In this document: piece by piece, positions 1 to 14,009 of the stretch
Numbering within the stretch: the first letter of the stretch is position 1
How the letters are laid out: every line of letters starts with the position of its first letter
Assembly (NCBI GenBank): GCA_964016885.1
Contig: CAXHJY010000266.1
Location: 1 to 21,680, forward strand
Source of the DNA: Eledone cirrhosa
Lineage: Eukaryota
DNA length: 21,680 nt
Reading direction: 5' to 3'
Made by a program: the position numbers and the translations under genes
Notes under the pieces: generated by a model
Database searches by the model: none
Told to the model about the DNA's origin: nothing
The model's input: only the letters and a program-made list of their open reading frames with translations

Positions 1-34
1 TACATATATATATACATATACATATATATATACA

Positions 35-91
<57 letters not shown>

Positions 92-353
92 ATACATATA
101 TACATATATATACATATATATACATATATATACATATATATACATATATATACATATATGTACATATATATATATATATACATATATATACATATATATA
201 TATATATACATATATATACACATATATATACACATATATATATATATATACATATATACATACATATATATATACACATATATATATATACATATATATA
301 CATATATACATATATATATATATACATATATATATACATATATACATATACAC

Positions 354-385
<32 letters not shown>

Positions 386-1922
386 ATACATATATATATA
401 CATATACATATATATATATATACATATACATATATATATATACATATATATATATATACATATACATATACATATATACATATACATATATATATATATA
501 CATATATATATACATATACATATATATACATATATACATATACATATATACATATATACATATACATATATATATACATGTACATATATACATATATATA
601 TATACATATACATATATATATATACATATACATATACATATATATATATACATATATATATATACATATATAAATATATATATAAACACATATATATATA
701 TATATAAATACATATATATATATATACATATATATATATACATATATATATATACATATATAAATATATATATAAACACATATATATATATATATAAATA
801 CATATATATATATACATATATAAATACATATATATATATATATACACACATATATATATACATATATATGCATATATATATACATATATATACATACATA
901 TATATATACATACATATATATATATATACATGTATATACATACATATATATATATATATACACACATATATATATATACATATATATACATATATATATA
1001 CATATATATACATACATATATATATACATACATATATATATATACATGTATATACATACATATATATATATACTTATATATACATATATATATATATACA
1101 CATATATATATATACACATATATATATACACATATATATATATACACATATATATATACACATATATATATACACATATATATATACACATATATATATA
1201 TACATATATATATATACATACATATATACATACATATATATATATATATATACATATATACATATATATATATACATATATATATATATACATATATATA
1301 CATATATATATACATATACATATATATATATATATACATATATATACATATACATATATACATATACATATATATATATACATATACATATATATATATA
1401 TACATATACATATATATATATATACATATATATATATACATATACATATATATATATACATATATATATATACATATATATATATACATATACATATATA
1501 TATATATACATATACATATATATACATATACATATATACATATATATATATATACATATATATACATATACATATATACATATATATACATACATATATA
1601 TATATACATGTATATACATACATATATATATACTTATATATACATATATATATATATACACATATACACATATATATATACACATATATATATATACACA
1701 TAATATATATATATACAATATATATACACATATATATATATACACATATATATATATACATATATATATATACATATATATATACATATATATATATATA
1801 ATATATATATATATATATACATATATACATATATATATATATATACATATATATATACATATATACATATATATATATATACATATATATATACATATAT
1901 ACATATATATATACATATATAC

Positions 1923-1953
<31 letters not shown>

Positions 1954-2120
1954 CATAATATATAATATACATTTACATATATATATATATATATACATAT
2001 ACGTATATATATATATACATATATATACATATACATATATATTATATATACATATACATATATATATATATAATATATACATATAATATATATTATACAT
2101 ATACATATATATACATATAC

Positions 2121-2152
<32 letters not shown>

Positions 2153-2178
2153 ATACATATATATATATATACATATAC

Positions 2179-2212
<34 letters not shown>

Positions 2213-2383
2213 ATATATACATATACATATATATATATATACATATACATATATACACATATACATATATACATATATATATATACATATATATATATAT
2301 ACATATATATATATACATAATATATATATACATATATATATATACATATACATATATATATATATACATATACATATATATAC

Positions 2384-2414
<31 letters not shown>

Positions 2415-2623
2415 CATATACATATATACATATACATATATATACATATATATATATATACATATACATATATATACATATATATATATATACATATACA
2501 TATATATACATATACATACATATATATACATATACATATATATATATACATATACATATATATATATACATATACATATATATATATACATATACATATA
2601 TATATATACATATATATACATAA

Positions 2624-2654
<31 letters not shown>

Positions 2655-2753
2655 CATATACATATGTATACATATATATATATATACATATACATATATA
2701 TACATATACATATATATACATATATATATATATACATATACATATATATACAA

Positions 2754-2784
<31 letters not shown>

Positions 2785-2937
2785 CATATACATACAAATA
2801 TATATATATACATATACATATATTTACATATATATATATATACATATATATATACATATACATATATATACATATATATATACATATACATATATATACA
2901 TATATACATATATTTACATATACATATATATATATAT

Positions 2938-2988
<51 letters not shown>

Positions 2989-3066
2989 CATATACATATA
3001 TATATATACATATATACATATACATATTATATATATATACATATATATATACATATATATATATAC

Positions 3067-3113
<47 letters not shown>

Positions 3114-3186
3114 CACATATATATATATACATATATATATATATACATATACATATATATACATATACATATATATACATATATAC

Positions 3187-3217
<31 letters not shown>

Positions 3218-3229
3218 CATATATATATA

Positions 3230-3262
<33 letters not shown>

Positions 3263-3622
3263 ACATATATACATATTTACATATATATATACATATATAC
3301 ATATACATATATACATATATATATACATATATACATATATATATACATAGATATATATATACATACATATAGATATACATATATACATATATACATATAT
3401 ATATACATATATACATATATATATATACAGATATATATATACATACATACATATAGATATACATACATACATATAGATATACATATATACATATATATAT
3501 ACATATATATATATACATACATATATATATATACATATATACATATACACATATATATATACATACATATATATATACATACATATATATATACATACAT
3601 ATATATATACATACATACATAT

Positions 3623-3669
<47 letters not shown>

Positions 3670-3670
3670 C

Positions 3671-3701
<31 letters not shown>

Positions 3702-3734
3702 CATACATATATATATACATATATATATATATAT
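1..3734. repeat. Compound (TA)n/(TACA)n microsatellite field
   Basis: Almost only TA and CA dinucleotides; all overlapping ORFs are Y/I/H/T low-complexity translations. Confidence 0.98.
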
Positions 3735-3932
3735 CAATCAATGAAAATAAAACACAAGTCGAAGATAGGTAGATAGATAATAAGTTCATTGTTTTACGAT
3801 CGTTTCAGAGTGTTGATTGATTATGGTAGATCGATATATCGACCAGCATGGTATTGGTTACGTCACTACCTGTTTCTAATATCGAAATCCTTGATCCATC
3901 TCACCGTCTTACTCAGAAACAAGGTGGAAACC

Positions 3933-4048
3933 TATATATATACATATATATAGATATATATGTGTATATATATATTATGTGTGTGTGTGTGTGTATGAAT
4001 ATATATATATACATGTGTGTGTGTATACGTTTGTTTATATATACACAT

Positions 4049-4079
<31 letters not shown>

Positions 4080-4118
4080 CATACACACGTATATATATAT
4101 ACACATACATACACACAC

Positions 4119-4151
<33 letters not shown>

Positions 4152-4170
4152 CATACACATACACACACAC

Positions 4171-4201
<31 letters not shown>

Positions 4202-4259
4202 CACATACACATACACACACACGTATATATATATATATATACATACATACACACACACG

Positions 4260-4293
<34 letters not shown>

Positions 4294-4481
4294 GATACAT
4301 ACACACACGTATATATATATACATACACATACATACACACACACGTATATATATATACATACACATACATACACATACATACACACACACGTATATATAT
4401 ATATATACATACATATACATACACATACACACACACACGTATATATATATATATACATATACATACATATACATACACACA
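3933..4481. repeat. Compound microsatellite with recurring CATACACACACG(TA)n unit
   Basis: The unit acatacacacacgtatatat recurs many times, and the same pattern resumes at 5851 beyond the LINE. Confidence 0.93.
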
Positions 4482-5850
4482 AGTATAACTTTGAATAACT
4501 TTGAAATGTTTTGGCCAGTATTGGCCCAGGCCATGTCTAACTTAATAGCACCACCTGGCGAAGTCTTTCAATTCAGGATTTGGGCACCATGGCCCATTCG
4601 AGAAGAGAATTACTGTTTGCGGAGACATATCCGGGTGTGGGTGGTTTGTCCGGGATTACTTGGAGGAATTTGTCCAAAGACTTCTTGAATTTTGTGTGGT
4701 CAGTTTCTGTTTTGACGTGACCTGGTGTGATGTTGAAGAGAGCAGGGCCGATTGAGGTGAAATAATTGTGCCGTATTGTTGTTATGAGTTGCGATTTAGA
4801 TTTTTGAATGGGACGGATAGCACGGGGCCCAAGCCTTGGGTGTATCTTGAAGGCGATGCCAACATCATTTGGGCAGTGATGATGGAACATTTTCCACATC
4901 ATGCAGATAATATAACGCTCACGGCGACGTTGGAGTGAGTAAAGTTTCAGGTTTTCTAATCGACCCCAGTAGTCAAGGTCTGACATGCCATCTATCTTTT
5001 TCGTGATTGCCCTTTGAGGAGCTTCAAGTTTCATGATACTTTGTTTCGTGTGGGGAGACCACAGTGGACAACAGTATTCAAGGTGTGGTCGGGCAAAAGT
5101 AGAGAAGAGAAGGATAATGGTGCGGGAATCTCTCGACTGGAAGGTTCTGAGGATCCAGGAACACATTCTGCGGGCCATGTCAACTTTGCTGCTTATATGC
5201 GTGGTCCAGCTTATGTTGCTGTCCACGGTTACTCCCAAGTCTCTGATGTTGTTAGATGCCACGAGAGTTTCCCCGGAGGGAAGGGAGTACGGGAGTTTCA
5301 GAGCATCCTCTTTTCCAAAGAGGATCAGTTCGAATTTGTCTTCGTTCAGTAACATGTTGTTCTTTTCCGCCCATTGGGTAACAGCCAGTAGGTCTGACTG
5401 AAGGCTTATCCGGTCATCCACGCCATTGATGACCTTTTGGAGCTTGGAATCATCAGCGAAAATTTTAATGTTGCTGTGTTTGATGATGTCAGTGATGTCA
5501 TTAATATAGATGATGAAGAGAAGTGGGCCCAACACAGTGCCTTGTGGGACCCCACTACTGACTTTGGCTGGGCTGGATTTGACTCCCTCAACCACAACAT
5601 GTTGGGTTCTGTTTGACAGGAAGCTCTTGATCCACTGCAGCAGCTTTCCACTGACACCAATATTGGACAGCTTTCTCAGTAGAATGTTATGATCAACCCT
5701 GTCAAAGGCCTTGCTGAAATCAAGGTAGATAACATCAGTGTTGGAACCCTCTCCCAAGGCTCTCAAAATGTCATCAAAGTGATGCAGTAGCTGCGTCAGG
5801 CAATCCCTTCCATTACGGAATCCATGCTGGTTGGAGTTCAGCATATTGTT
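4482..5850 (-). mobile_element. 5'-truncated CR1/L2-group non-LTR retrotransposon (LINE)
   Basis: RT ORF, ~90-nt 3' UTR and short tandem tail (TTCAAAGTTA)x2 on the minus strand; inserted in a microsatellite, with a possible 18-bp TSD (4463-4480 vs 5851-5868, 1 mismatch). Confidence 0.93.
4573..5850 (-). CDS. Partial ORF2 reverse transcriptase (RT and C-terminal domain; N-terminus and endonuclease missing)
   Basis: Motifs [72 protein letters not shown]; ~425 codons without a stop. The track's extension to 6072 is microsatellite read-through. Confidence 0.92.
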   Translation of the reverse strand, partial: NNMLNSNQHGFRNGRDCLTQLLHHFDDILRALGEGSNTDVIYLDFSKAFDRVDHNILLRKLSNIGVSGKLLQWIKSFLSNRTQHVVVEGVKSSPAKVSSGVPQGTVLGPLLFIIYINDITDIIKHSNIKIFADDSKLQKVINGVDDRISLQSDLLAVTQWAEKNNMLLNEDKFELILFGKEDALKLPYSLPSGETLVASNNIRDLGVTVDSNISWTTHISSKVDMARRMCSWILRTFQSRDSRTIILLFSTFARPHLEYCCPLWSPHTKQSIMKLEAPQRAITKKIDGMSDLDYWGRLENLKLYSLQRRRERYIICMMWKMFHHHCPNDVGIAFKIHPRLGPRAIRPIQKSKSQLITTIRHNYFTSIGPALFNITPGHVKTETDHTKFKKSLDKFLQVIPDKPPTPGYVSANSNSLLEWAMVPKS

Positions 5851-5872
5851 ATACACATACATACACACACAC

Positions 5873-5925
<53 letters not shown>

Positions 5926-6212
5926 CACATACATAAACGCACACATATACATACATATATATATACATACACATACATAAACGCACACATATACATATAC
6001 ATACATATATATATATATACACATACATACATACATACATACATACATACATACATACATACATACATACATACACGCACACGTATATACATATATATAC
6101 TCATAAACATACAGATATACCTACCTAGACATATATATCTACACAGACATATACATACACATACATATACATACATACACGCATATATATAGCCATGTGT
6201 GTGTGTGTGTGT
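5851..6212. repeat. (TA)n/(CATA)n/(TG)n microsatellites
   Basis: Direct inspection. Confidence 0.93.
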
Positions 6213-6377
6213 TTCGATAAACAGCAATAGATAAAGATGAGGTATGACTAGGATTCGAACTCTTGTCGCAATAAACCGAAGATTCCTAATAAATGATGCA
6301 GCAAAACATATTCATATTGTTCGGCGCTCCACCGTGCAGGGAGAAGCCAAGATACACGTTTCATAGCGAAGAGTCAA

Positions 6378-6576
6378 TGGATTGGCAGCATCGGTAGAGG
6401 GTCGGACGCCATGCTTGGCCGCACAGAGCTACGGCCTTTTACGTTCTGAGTTCAAATCTCTCCCTCCGAGGTCAACGTTGCCTTTCATCCTTACGGGGGG
6501 TCGATAAAATAAAGTACCAGTAATACACTGGGTTAATTGCTGGCCTTGTGCCAAAAGTAGAAACAATTATTTATTA
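6378..6576 (+). mobile_element. tRNA-derived SINE, full-length copy
   Basis: A-box-like TGGCAGCATCGG, B box GAGTTCAAATC, central GCCTTTCATCCTTACGGGG..TCGATAAAATAAAGTACCAGT, 3' TGGCCTTGTGCCAAAAGTAGAAAC plus ATT tail; reverse complement of the downstream copies. Confidence 0.88.
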
Positions 6577-6627
6577 AACTACACTATATAACTGGTCCCA
6601 AGTTTTTCCAGATAAAATATAAATAAA

Positions 6628-9150
6628 AATAATAACTGTTTCTACTTTAGGCACAAGGCCAGCAATTACCCCAGTGCATTACTGGTACTTTATTTTATCG
6701 ACCCCGTAAGGATGAAAGGCAAAGTCAACCTCGGCGGGATTTGAACTCAGATCGTAAAGGGACGTAACTATGCTGGAAAGCATGGCGTCCGACCCTCTAC
6801 CGATACTGCCAATCCACCACCCTAGCATGGCGTCCGACCCTCTACTGATACTGCCAATATAACAATAATGGTTTATGTTTTAGGCAAAAGGCCAGCAATT
6901 TCTTGGGGGGGGGGGGTCGATTAAATCAACGACCGCAGTGCGTTACTGGTATTTTAAAAGGATGAAAGGCAAAGAAAACTTCGGCGAGATTTGAACTCAG
7001 AACGTAAAGGCCAAGGATTTGGGCAGGGGATGGGTAAGGTGAATTAAATCAACACCCGTTTGTTACTGGTACTTTTTATAAGGATGAAAGGCAAAGCTAA
7101 CCTCGGCGGCATTTATATTAATAATTGTTTCTACTTTTGGCACAAGGCAAAAGCAATTACCCCAGTGTATGACTGGTACTTTATTTTATCGACCCCGTAA
7201 GGATGAAAGGCAAAGTTAACCTCGGCGGGATTTGAACTCAAGACTGTACAGAGCAACAATTTTTTTCTTTTTTTTTTGGGGGGGGGGGGGCAATTAAATG
7301 GACCTCAGTTTGTTACTGGTACTTTATAAAGATGAAAGGCAAAGCTAACCTCGGCGCCGACATGTAAGGGACAATACAAATACAGGGACAGTGGGTGGGG
7401 GTTGGGGTTTACAATAAAATCTAATAATAATAATTGTTTCTACTTTTGGCACAAGGCCAGCAATTACCCAGTACATTACTGGTACTTTATTTTATCGACC
7501 CCGCAAGGATGAAAGGCAAAGTTAACCTCGGCGGGATTTGAACTCAGAATGGCAAGGGGCGTAACTCTACGCGTCAAAGCATGGCGTCCGACCCTCTACC
7601 GATACTGCCAATCCATCGATAATAATAATGGTTTCTGATTTAGGTACAATGCCAACAATTTAGTGAGACGGGGCAAGTTGACATTCAGTAGGTTACTGGT
7701 ACTTTATTTATCGACCCCTCCAATGTTAACTCCTCGGCAAGGTTTCGAAAGCGCAACGTAAAGGTAGGTAAACATAATCATTGGACGGCATCCTGTCCGA
7801 TGTTCTACCGATTCTTCCATTAGTCCAATAATTACCAACCATAACGGTTTTCAACATAGGCAAAAAAAACCCGGCAATTTTTGTTTAGTAGAGAGATGGT
7901 AGAAGGGAAAAGTGGATCATATCAACTCCAGAACATATAGAGTACTTTATATTAATGGAGACACCATCACTATCAGCGGATAGATGAAACGTTAAGGTTG
8001 ACCTCAGCCGGATTTGAACTCAGTATTTAAAGAATCGGAATAATAATAATAATTGTTTCTACTTTAGGCACAAGGCCAGAAATTACCCAGTGCATTACTG
8101 GTACTTTATTTTATCGACCCCGTAAGGATGAAAAGCAAAGTCAACCTCGGCGGGATTTGAACTCAGATCGTAAAGGGACGTAACTATGCTGGAAAGCATG
8201 GCGTCCGACCCTCTACCGATACTGCCAATCCACCAATGGAATAATAATAATAATAATAATAATTGTTTATACTTTAGGCACAAGGCCAGCAATTACCCAG
8301 TGCATTACTGGTACTTTATTTTATCGACCCCGTAAGGATGAAAGGCAAAGTTAACCTAGGCGGGATTTGGACTCAGACCGTAAAGGGCCGTAACTCTATG
8401 CTGCTAAGCATGGCGTCCGACCCTCTACCAATTAATAATAATAATTGTTTCTACTTTAGGCACAAGGCCAGCAAATACCCAGTGCATTACTGGTACTTTA
8501 TTTTATCGACCCCGTAAGGATGAAAGGCAAAGTTAACCTCGGCGGGATTTGAACTCAGACCATAAAGGGACGTAACTGTGCTAGAAAGCATGGCGTCCGA
8601 CTCTCTACCGATACTGCCAATCCACCGATTAATAATAATAATGATGATAATTGTTTCTACTTTGGGCAACAATCTCAGGGAGGGGAAAGTCGATTAAATC
8701 GGAACCAGTGCATTACTGGTACTTTATTTTATCGACCCCGTAAGGATGAAAGGCAAAGCTAATAATAATAATAATTGTTTCTTCTCTTGGCACAAGGCCA
8801 GCAATTCCCCAATGCATTACTGGTACTTGATTTTATCGACCCTCGTAAGAATGAAAGGCAAAGTGAACCTCGGCGGGATTTGAACTCAGACCGTAAAGGG
8901 ACGTAACTATGCTACAATACATGGTGTGCAACGCTCTACCGATTCTGCCAATCCAATAATAATTGTTTCTACTTTTGGCACAAGGCCAGCAATTACCCAG
9001 TGTATTACTGGTACTTTATTTTATCGACCCCGTAAGGATGAAAGGCAAAGTTAACCTCGGCGAGATTTGAACTCAGAATGGCAAGAGCCGTAACTCTATG
9101 CGTCAAAGCATGGCGTCCGATCCTCTACCGACACTGCCAATCCTCCACCA
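6628..9150 (-). mobile_element. Head-to-tail array of ~14 full or partial copies of the same SINE family
   Basis: Near-full copies at about 6628-6819, 7423-7617, 8040-8236, 8240-8430, 8432-8628, 8761-8955 and 8955-9150. Partial or diverged copies at about 6861-7010, 7010-7111, 7117-7245, 7255-7357, 7620-7820, 7842-8040 and 8630-8760. Most are separated by (AAT)n tails. Confidence 0.9.
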
Positions 9151-9274
9151 ATAATAATGGTTTCATTTATTGGCCACAAGGGCCGACATGAAGGGGACAA
9201 TACAAAGATACGGACAGTGGGTTACAATAAGGTTGAGTAAAAATTCACAATAACAAAACTAATTTAACAATGAA

Positions 9275-9338
<64 letters not shown>

Positions 9339-9467
9339 TAACGAAGGAAATGAGGTAAGGAACCAGATGGACAATAACGCACCAAAGTACTCAATACTTA
9401 GGGTAGTAGAGTCCAGAATTAGTCGTCGAAACGACTTGAGCTCAACCGTCGGGGTCCTACTTGTTCC

Positions 9468-9470
<3 letters not shown>
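9339..9470. mobile_element. Family A Penelope-like terminus remnant (inverted tail joined to forward hammerhead 3' half) in (TA)n
   Basis: 9339-9412 is the reverse complement of the tail at 20217-20291; 9410-9470 matches 20150-20211 forward; (TA)n on both sides. Confidence 0.7.
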
Positions 9471-9501
<31 letters not shown>

Positions 9502-9626
9502 CAAATAAAATTATCGAAAATCGGAACTTCGGCCCCCGAAATAACGAAAAACAATCTCCGAAATGTGTGGCAACAGAGCTATAACTAACGTTTAATACCA
9601 AACACACTGAGACGATGTTTAAACAA

Positions 9627-9691
9627 ATATTATTATACATATTTCAGAGGTACTGAGTTAACTTCAACAGTACGTCCTCATCAGATAAAAT
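9627..9691 (-). ncRNA. Type I hammerhead ribozyme candidate
   Basis: Minus strand: ATTTTAT-CTGATGA-GGACGTACTG..CAGTACCTCT-GAAA-TATGTAT-A/ATAATAT; AUA triplet, predicted cut between 9634 and 9633. Confidence 0.78.
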
Positions 9692-9724
9692 ATGTATAAT
9701 AAAATAGACTTGATCACAAGAATA

Positions 9725-9875
<151 letters not shown>

Positions 9876-9976
9876 TATGTATATATATACTATGTATAAA
9901 AATAACAAAATAACTTCCCCCAATAGGAGGGTGGGCACCAAGGGGCGACCCAGGTACCCGACCAATCTTGAATACA

Positions 9977-10445
9977 CAATGATTTCTACTTTAGGCACAA
10001 GGCCAACAATATGGGGGGGGGGTCGATTAAATCGACTCCAGTGTATTACTGGTACTTTATGTTATCGACCCCGTAATGATGAAAGGCAAAGTTAACCTCG
10101 ACGGGATTTGAACTCAAAACGTAAAAGAATCGGGAATGTATTGATAATAATTACTATTATTATTTTTACTTTGGGCACAAGGCCAGCAATTTTGGGGAGG
10201 AGAAAGATCATTACATTGACCTCAGTGTATTACTGGTACTTTATTTAATCGACCCTGTAAAAATGTACGTTTCTGATTTTAAGCACAAGGCCATCAATTT
10301 TGAGGTGAGATGGCGGTTGGGGATAAGATGGAGCTAGGTAAAAGTCGTTTATATCGAACCCCTAGTTCTTCTAACCCCTAGTATTTCACTGGTACTTTAG
10401 TTTATCAACCTTCATGGAAGGACGACAGATTTGAGATCAGAAAAC
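9977..10445 (-). mobile_element. Three further partial or diverged SINE copies (long variant with GTCGATTAAATCGAC hairpin)
   Basis: Same ggcacaaggcc...actggtacttta...tcgaccc motifs at about 9977-10135, 10143-10262 and 10268-10445. Confidence 0.8.
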
Positions 10446-10587
10446 ATAATAGAAAAAAGTTGAAAACACCGGAACAACAACAACAACAACAACACACTAA
10501 TAATAATAACAAGCTTGAGAAACATTTTGAAAACTGTTACGAACATATATATATTTATATATATATATATTTATACATACATATACA

Positions 10588-10665
10588 CAGGGTGTCCCCC
10601 AAAAATATATACATACTTCAACATCATTCTAATAAAAGTGTGTGTACATTTTTGGGGACACCCTG
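10588..10665. mobile_element. 78-bp Tc1/mariner-type MITE
   Basis: ~30-bp imperfect TIRs CAGGGTGTCCCCCAAAAATATATACATACTT / AAGTGTGTGTACATTTTTGGGGACACCCTG; TA on the right, CA (possibly mutated TA) on the left. Confidence 0.8.
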
Positions 10666-10667
10666 TA

Positions 10668-10681
10668 TATGTGTGTATAAA

Positions 10682-10715
<34 letters not shown>

Positions 10716-10749
10716 CATGTTGATAGAATATATGTGTGTATAAATATAT

Positions 10750-10793
<44 letters not shown>

Positions 10794-10822
10794 GTTGATA
10801 GAATATGTGTGTATAAATATAT

Positions 10823-10860
<38 letters not shown>

Positions 10861-10868
10861 TGATAGAA
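10668..10868. repeat. Three-copy minisatellite TATGTGTGTATAAA(TA)nCATGTTGATAGAA
   Basis: catgttgatagaa occurs three times at 60-75 bp spacing with a variable TA core. Confidence 0.8.
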
Positions 10869-10940
10869 AGATAAAAAGAAGTCAAGTTCAAAAATGTGTG
10901 TATATATATATATAGATATATATATATATAAACACACATA

Positions 10941-10972
<32 letters not shown>

Positions 10973-10985
10973 CACACTATTTATA

Positions 10986-11031
<46 letters not shown>

Positions 11032-11320
11032 GAAATAAAAAGAGAGAGAGAAATAGATAAATGGAAATTAACCTGTATGTGTGTGTAGTATGTATATATA
11101 TCTATTATATATACATACATATACATATATAAATATATATATATGTGTGTATATATATATATATAATGTTGATGAAAAGGTGTTTAAGTTAGCATCCAAT
11201 TGCAGTAGTAGTAATGTTGTTTTTCGGCGATGACTGTGGTTCCATGTCGCTCACTCGCAGACGACCAGTTGGTTCCACAATGGTAAATATAATATAATGT
11301 AATGTATATATATGTGTATA

Positions 11321-11399
<79 letters not shown>

Positions 11400-11490
11400 A
11401 TATGTGTGTATATATAAATATATATATATGTGAGTATGTATATAACATACAAACTCACTGAAAGTGAAATGTTCAATGTGAGTGGTTATT

Positions 11491-11532
<42 letters not shown>

Positions 11533-11546
11533 ACACACCAAGCACT

Positions 11547-12720
11547 AAGACTTTCCTCTGCCTCCCCTTCCTCATTCTCCTCCTCTCTCACGCTTTGTTC
11601 AATTTATTTACCTCTTATCTCTCTCTCTCTCACTCACTCTCTTTACTTTTCCACTCGTTAGCTTTCTGTCTATCTCTCTTTCAACACGTCTCCGTTAATT
11701 CTTTTACCTCTCATGCTACCCTCTCTTATCTATTATAGTCTGTCTACTCTCTCTCTCTTTATTATTTATAATTTTTCACTTCTTACCTCTTTCTTACTAT
11801 CTTTCTCCTCCTCCTCCTCTTCGTATCCCCCCCCCGTCTTTTAATTCATTTACTTCGCACCTCTTTCTACTCCTCTAACCCTTCGCTCACTCTGTCTCTA
11901 CACCTTTCACTCGTTCACTCATTAGTTAACTCCCCTTCTTTTTTCCCTTCCTCTCGTATCTCCTTCTATTCCTTTACCTCTTACTCTGCCCCTAACTCCC
12001 CTTTTACTCAGTCTGTCTCTACACTTTTCACTCACTCATTACTTAACTGTCCTTCTTTCTTCTTCTCCTCCTCCTCCCATTTCTTCTTTAGTGTATCACT
12101 TTCATTCTCCCTCCTCACTTTGTATCTTTCTAACTTTGCTCTTTCTTACTCACTCACTGACTTTCTTCCTTTTCCTTTCACCTTTACTCTTCCTTTATCT
12201 CTTACCCTGTCTTTACTTTTCTTACCTCTTCCAACCTCCTTTCTCACTATTTTACCACTCACTTACTTAAATACTCTCTTTCTATTCTTTCCTCTTTCTT
12301 CCCCCCCTCGCTTTGTTTTTACATTTTCTTACACACTTCACTCACTCATTAATTTACTATCTTTCTCTCTCACTCTGTCCTTCCTCCTCCTTTCTCTCTC
12401 ACTCTGTCCTTCCTCCTCCTTTCTCTCTCTAGCTTCCTCTCCCTCTCTCTATCAATCCATTTACTCATTTAATGTTTACCTTTCTTTCACTCTCTCTCAA
12501 TTCTCTTACTCGCTCTCTCTCAATTTTCTTACTTGTTCTCTCTCTAAATTCTCTTACTCTCTCCCTCTCTCAAGTATCTTGTTCTCTCTCTAAATTCTCT
12601 TACTCTCTCTCTCAAATCTCTTACTCGCTTTCTTCCTTCTCTCTATTAGTCTTTACTCTTTTTACTTACTCACTCATTTATATAACTATTTCACCTCCTC
12701 ATTCTCCCCCTCCCATTCTG
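11547..12720 (+). repeat. ~1.2-kb pyrimidine-rich (CT) low-complexity tract
   Basis: Strong C/T bias, with internal duplications such as ctctctcaaattctcttact repeated in 12490-12625. Confidence 0.9.
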
Positions 12721-12743
12721 TCTGGATTCGGCTGACTTAAGCA

Positions 12744-12851
12744 ATGGTGGTGGTGGTGATGTTGGCGATGGAAGAGGAAGTAGTAGTGGTAATAGTAGCA
12801 ATAGCAGTGATGGTGGTGGTGGCGGTGATGGTAATGGTTGTAATAGTAGTA

Positions 12852-12884
<33 letters not shown>

Positions 12885-13510
12885 TTGTGGTCATGGTGGT
12901 TGTTGTAGTTGTAGTAGTAGTGGTGGTGGTGGTGGTGGGGTGAGTGTGTGTGTGTGTATACATATATATATATATAATTGGTGCATTAATGATGGTGGTG
13001 GTGTATCCATGACGATGGTGTCGGCGGTGTTGATGGTTTATTTTGGTGAGTGGTTGTGTACTTATGGTGGTGGTGGTGGTGGTGGTGGTGGTGGTGGTGG
13101 TGGTGGTGGTGGTGATAGTAGTGGTGGTGGTGTAGTGGTGGTGGTGGTGGTGATAGTGTTGGTGGTGGTGATGGTGGTGGTGGTGGTGGTGGTGGTGGTG
13201 ATAGTGTTGGTGGTGGTGATGGCGGTGGTGGTGGTGATGGTGATGGTGGTGGTGGTGATGGCGGCGGTGGTGGTGGTAGTGGTAGTGGTGGTGTAGTGGT
13301 GGTGGTGGTGATAGTGGTGGTGATGGCGGCGGTGGTGGTGGTGGTGTAGTGGTGGTGGTAATGATGGTGGTGATGGTGATAGTGGTGGTGGTGGTGGTGT
13401 TAGTAAATGTAGGTTAGTGATGCTAGTGGTTATGGTGGTGGTGGTGGCGGTGGTGACAGTGTCGTATTTTATGGCGGCGGCACCGGCGTTAGTAATGGTG
13501 ATGGTGGCGG
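12744..13510 (+). repeat. (GGT)n/(GTA)n trinucleotide low-complexity region
   Basis: Direct inspection; it produces the poly-G/V/T/P/H pseudo-ORFs. Confidence 0.93.
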
Positions 13511-13696
13511 TAAAAGTATCGCAGCCAACGAGATCGCGACGAGATTGGCCCTCGACCAATTCTTCAAACACGATTGACTGTTGTTGTCAGAGTTAGGAAT
13601 GTGTGCTTGTGAGACATGAAAGGACGGAAAACCATCCAATGGGTCCGAGATCAGATGTCCGAGTGGGCAGAGGTGCAACGTAGCAAGAAAAGCCAA

Positions 13697-14009
13697 GCCA
13701 CAAATCGGTGTTTGGCTGACTAAGACGGGTGACAGCTACTAGGTCCCGAGCAGATATGTTGAGGCCTTTATAGCAGACTTTTCATTCAACTGTTCGGGAC
13801 GGGCCACAATTCGGTGTTTGGCTGACCAAGACGGGTGACAGCTACTAGGTCCCGAGCAGAGCCTGTGGCCTTTATAGCAGACTTTTCATTCAACTGTTCG
13901 GGACGGGCCACAATTCGGTGTTTGGCTGACCAAGACGGGTGACAGCTACTAGGTCCCGAGCAGAGCCTGTGACCTTTATAACGGACTTTTCACTAAACTG
14001 TTCGGGACG
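13697..14009. repeat. Three tandem copies of a ~105-bp unit
   Basis: gccacaa.tcggtgtttggctgac...ctgttcgggacg begins at 13697, 13803 and 13907. Confidence 0.93.

Noticed and set aside
158-4534. Long ORFs up to 645 aa (YIYIHI/MYICI type)
   Set aside because: Translations of TA/CA microsatellite, which lacks stop codons in most frames.
5014-5692. Small ORFs overlapping the RT
   Set aside because: Antisense or alternative-frame shadows with no motifs.
5851-6072. N-terminal extension of the RT ORF
   Set aside because: Microsatellite read-through beyond the LINE truncation point.
6245-6335. Additional SINE head on the minus strand (GAGTTCGAATCC)
   Set aside because: A B box with only a weak A box and no recognisable body; too degraded to call.
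6628-9150. CRISPR-like or tRNA gene array
   Set aside because: Units are ~190 bp with Pol III boxes and (ATT)n tails, with no unique spacers, no cas genes and no full cloverleaf.
11169-11300. Possible small exon (donor-like G/GTAAAT near 11282)
   Set aside because: No convincing acceptor, protein similarity or partner exon.
12120-13571. Leu/Ser-rich and poly-Thr/Val/His/Pro ORFs
   Set aside because: Products of CT-rich and (GGT)n low-complexity DNA.
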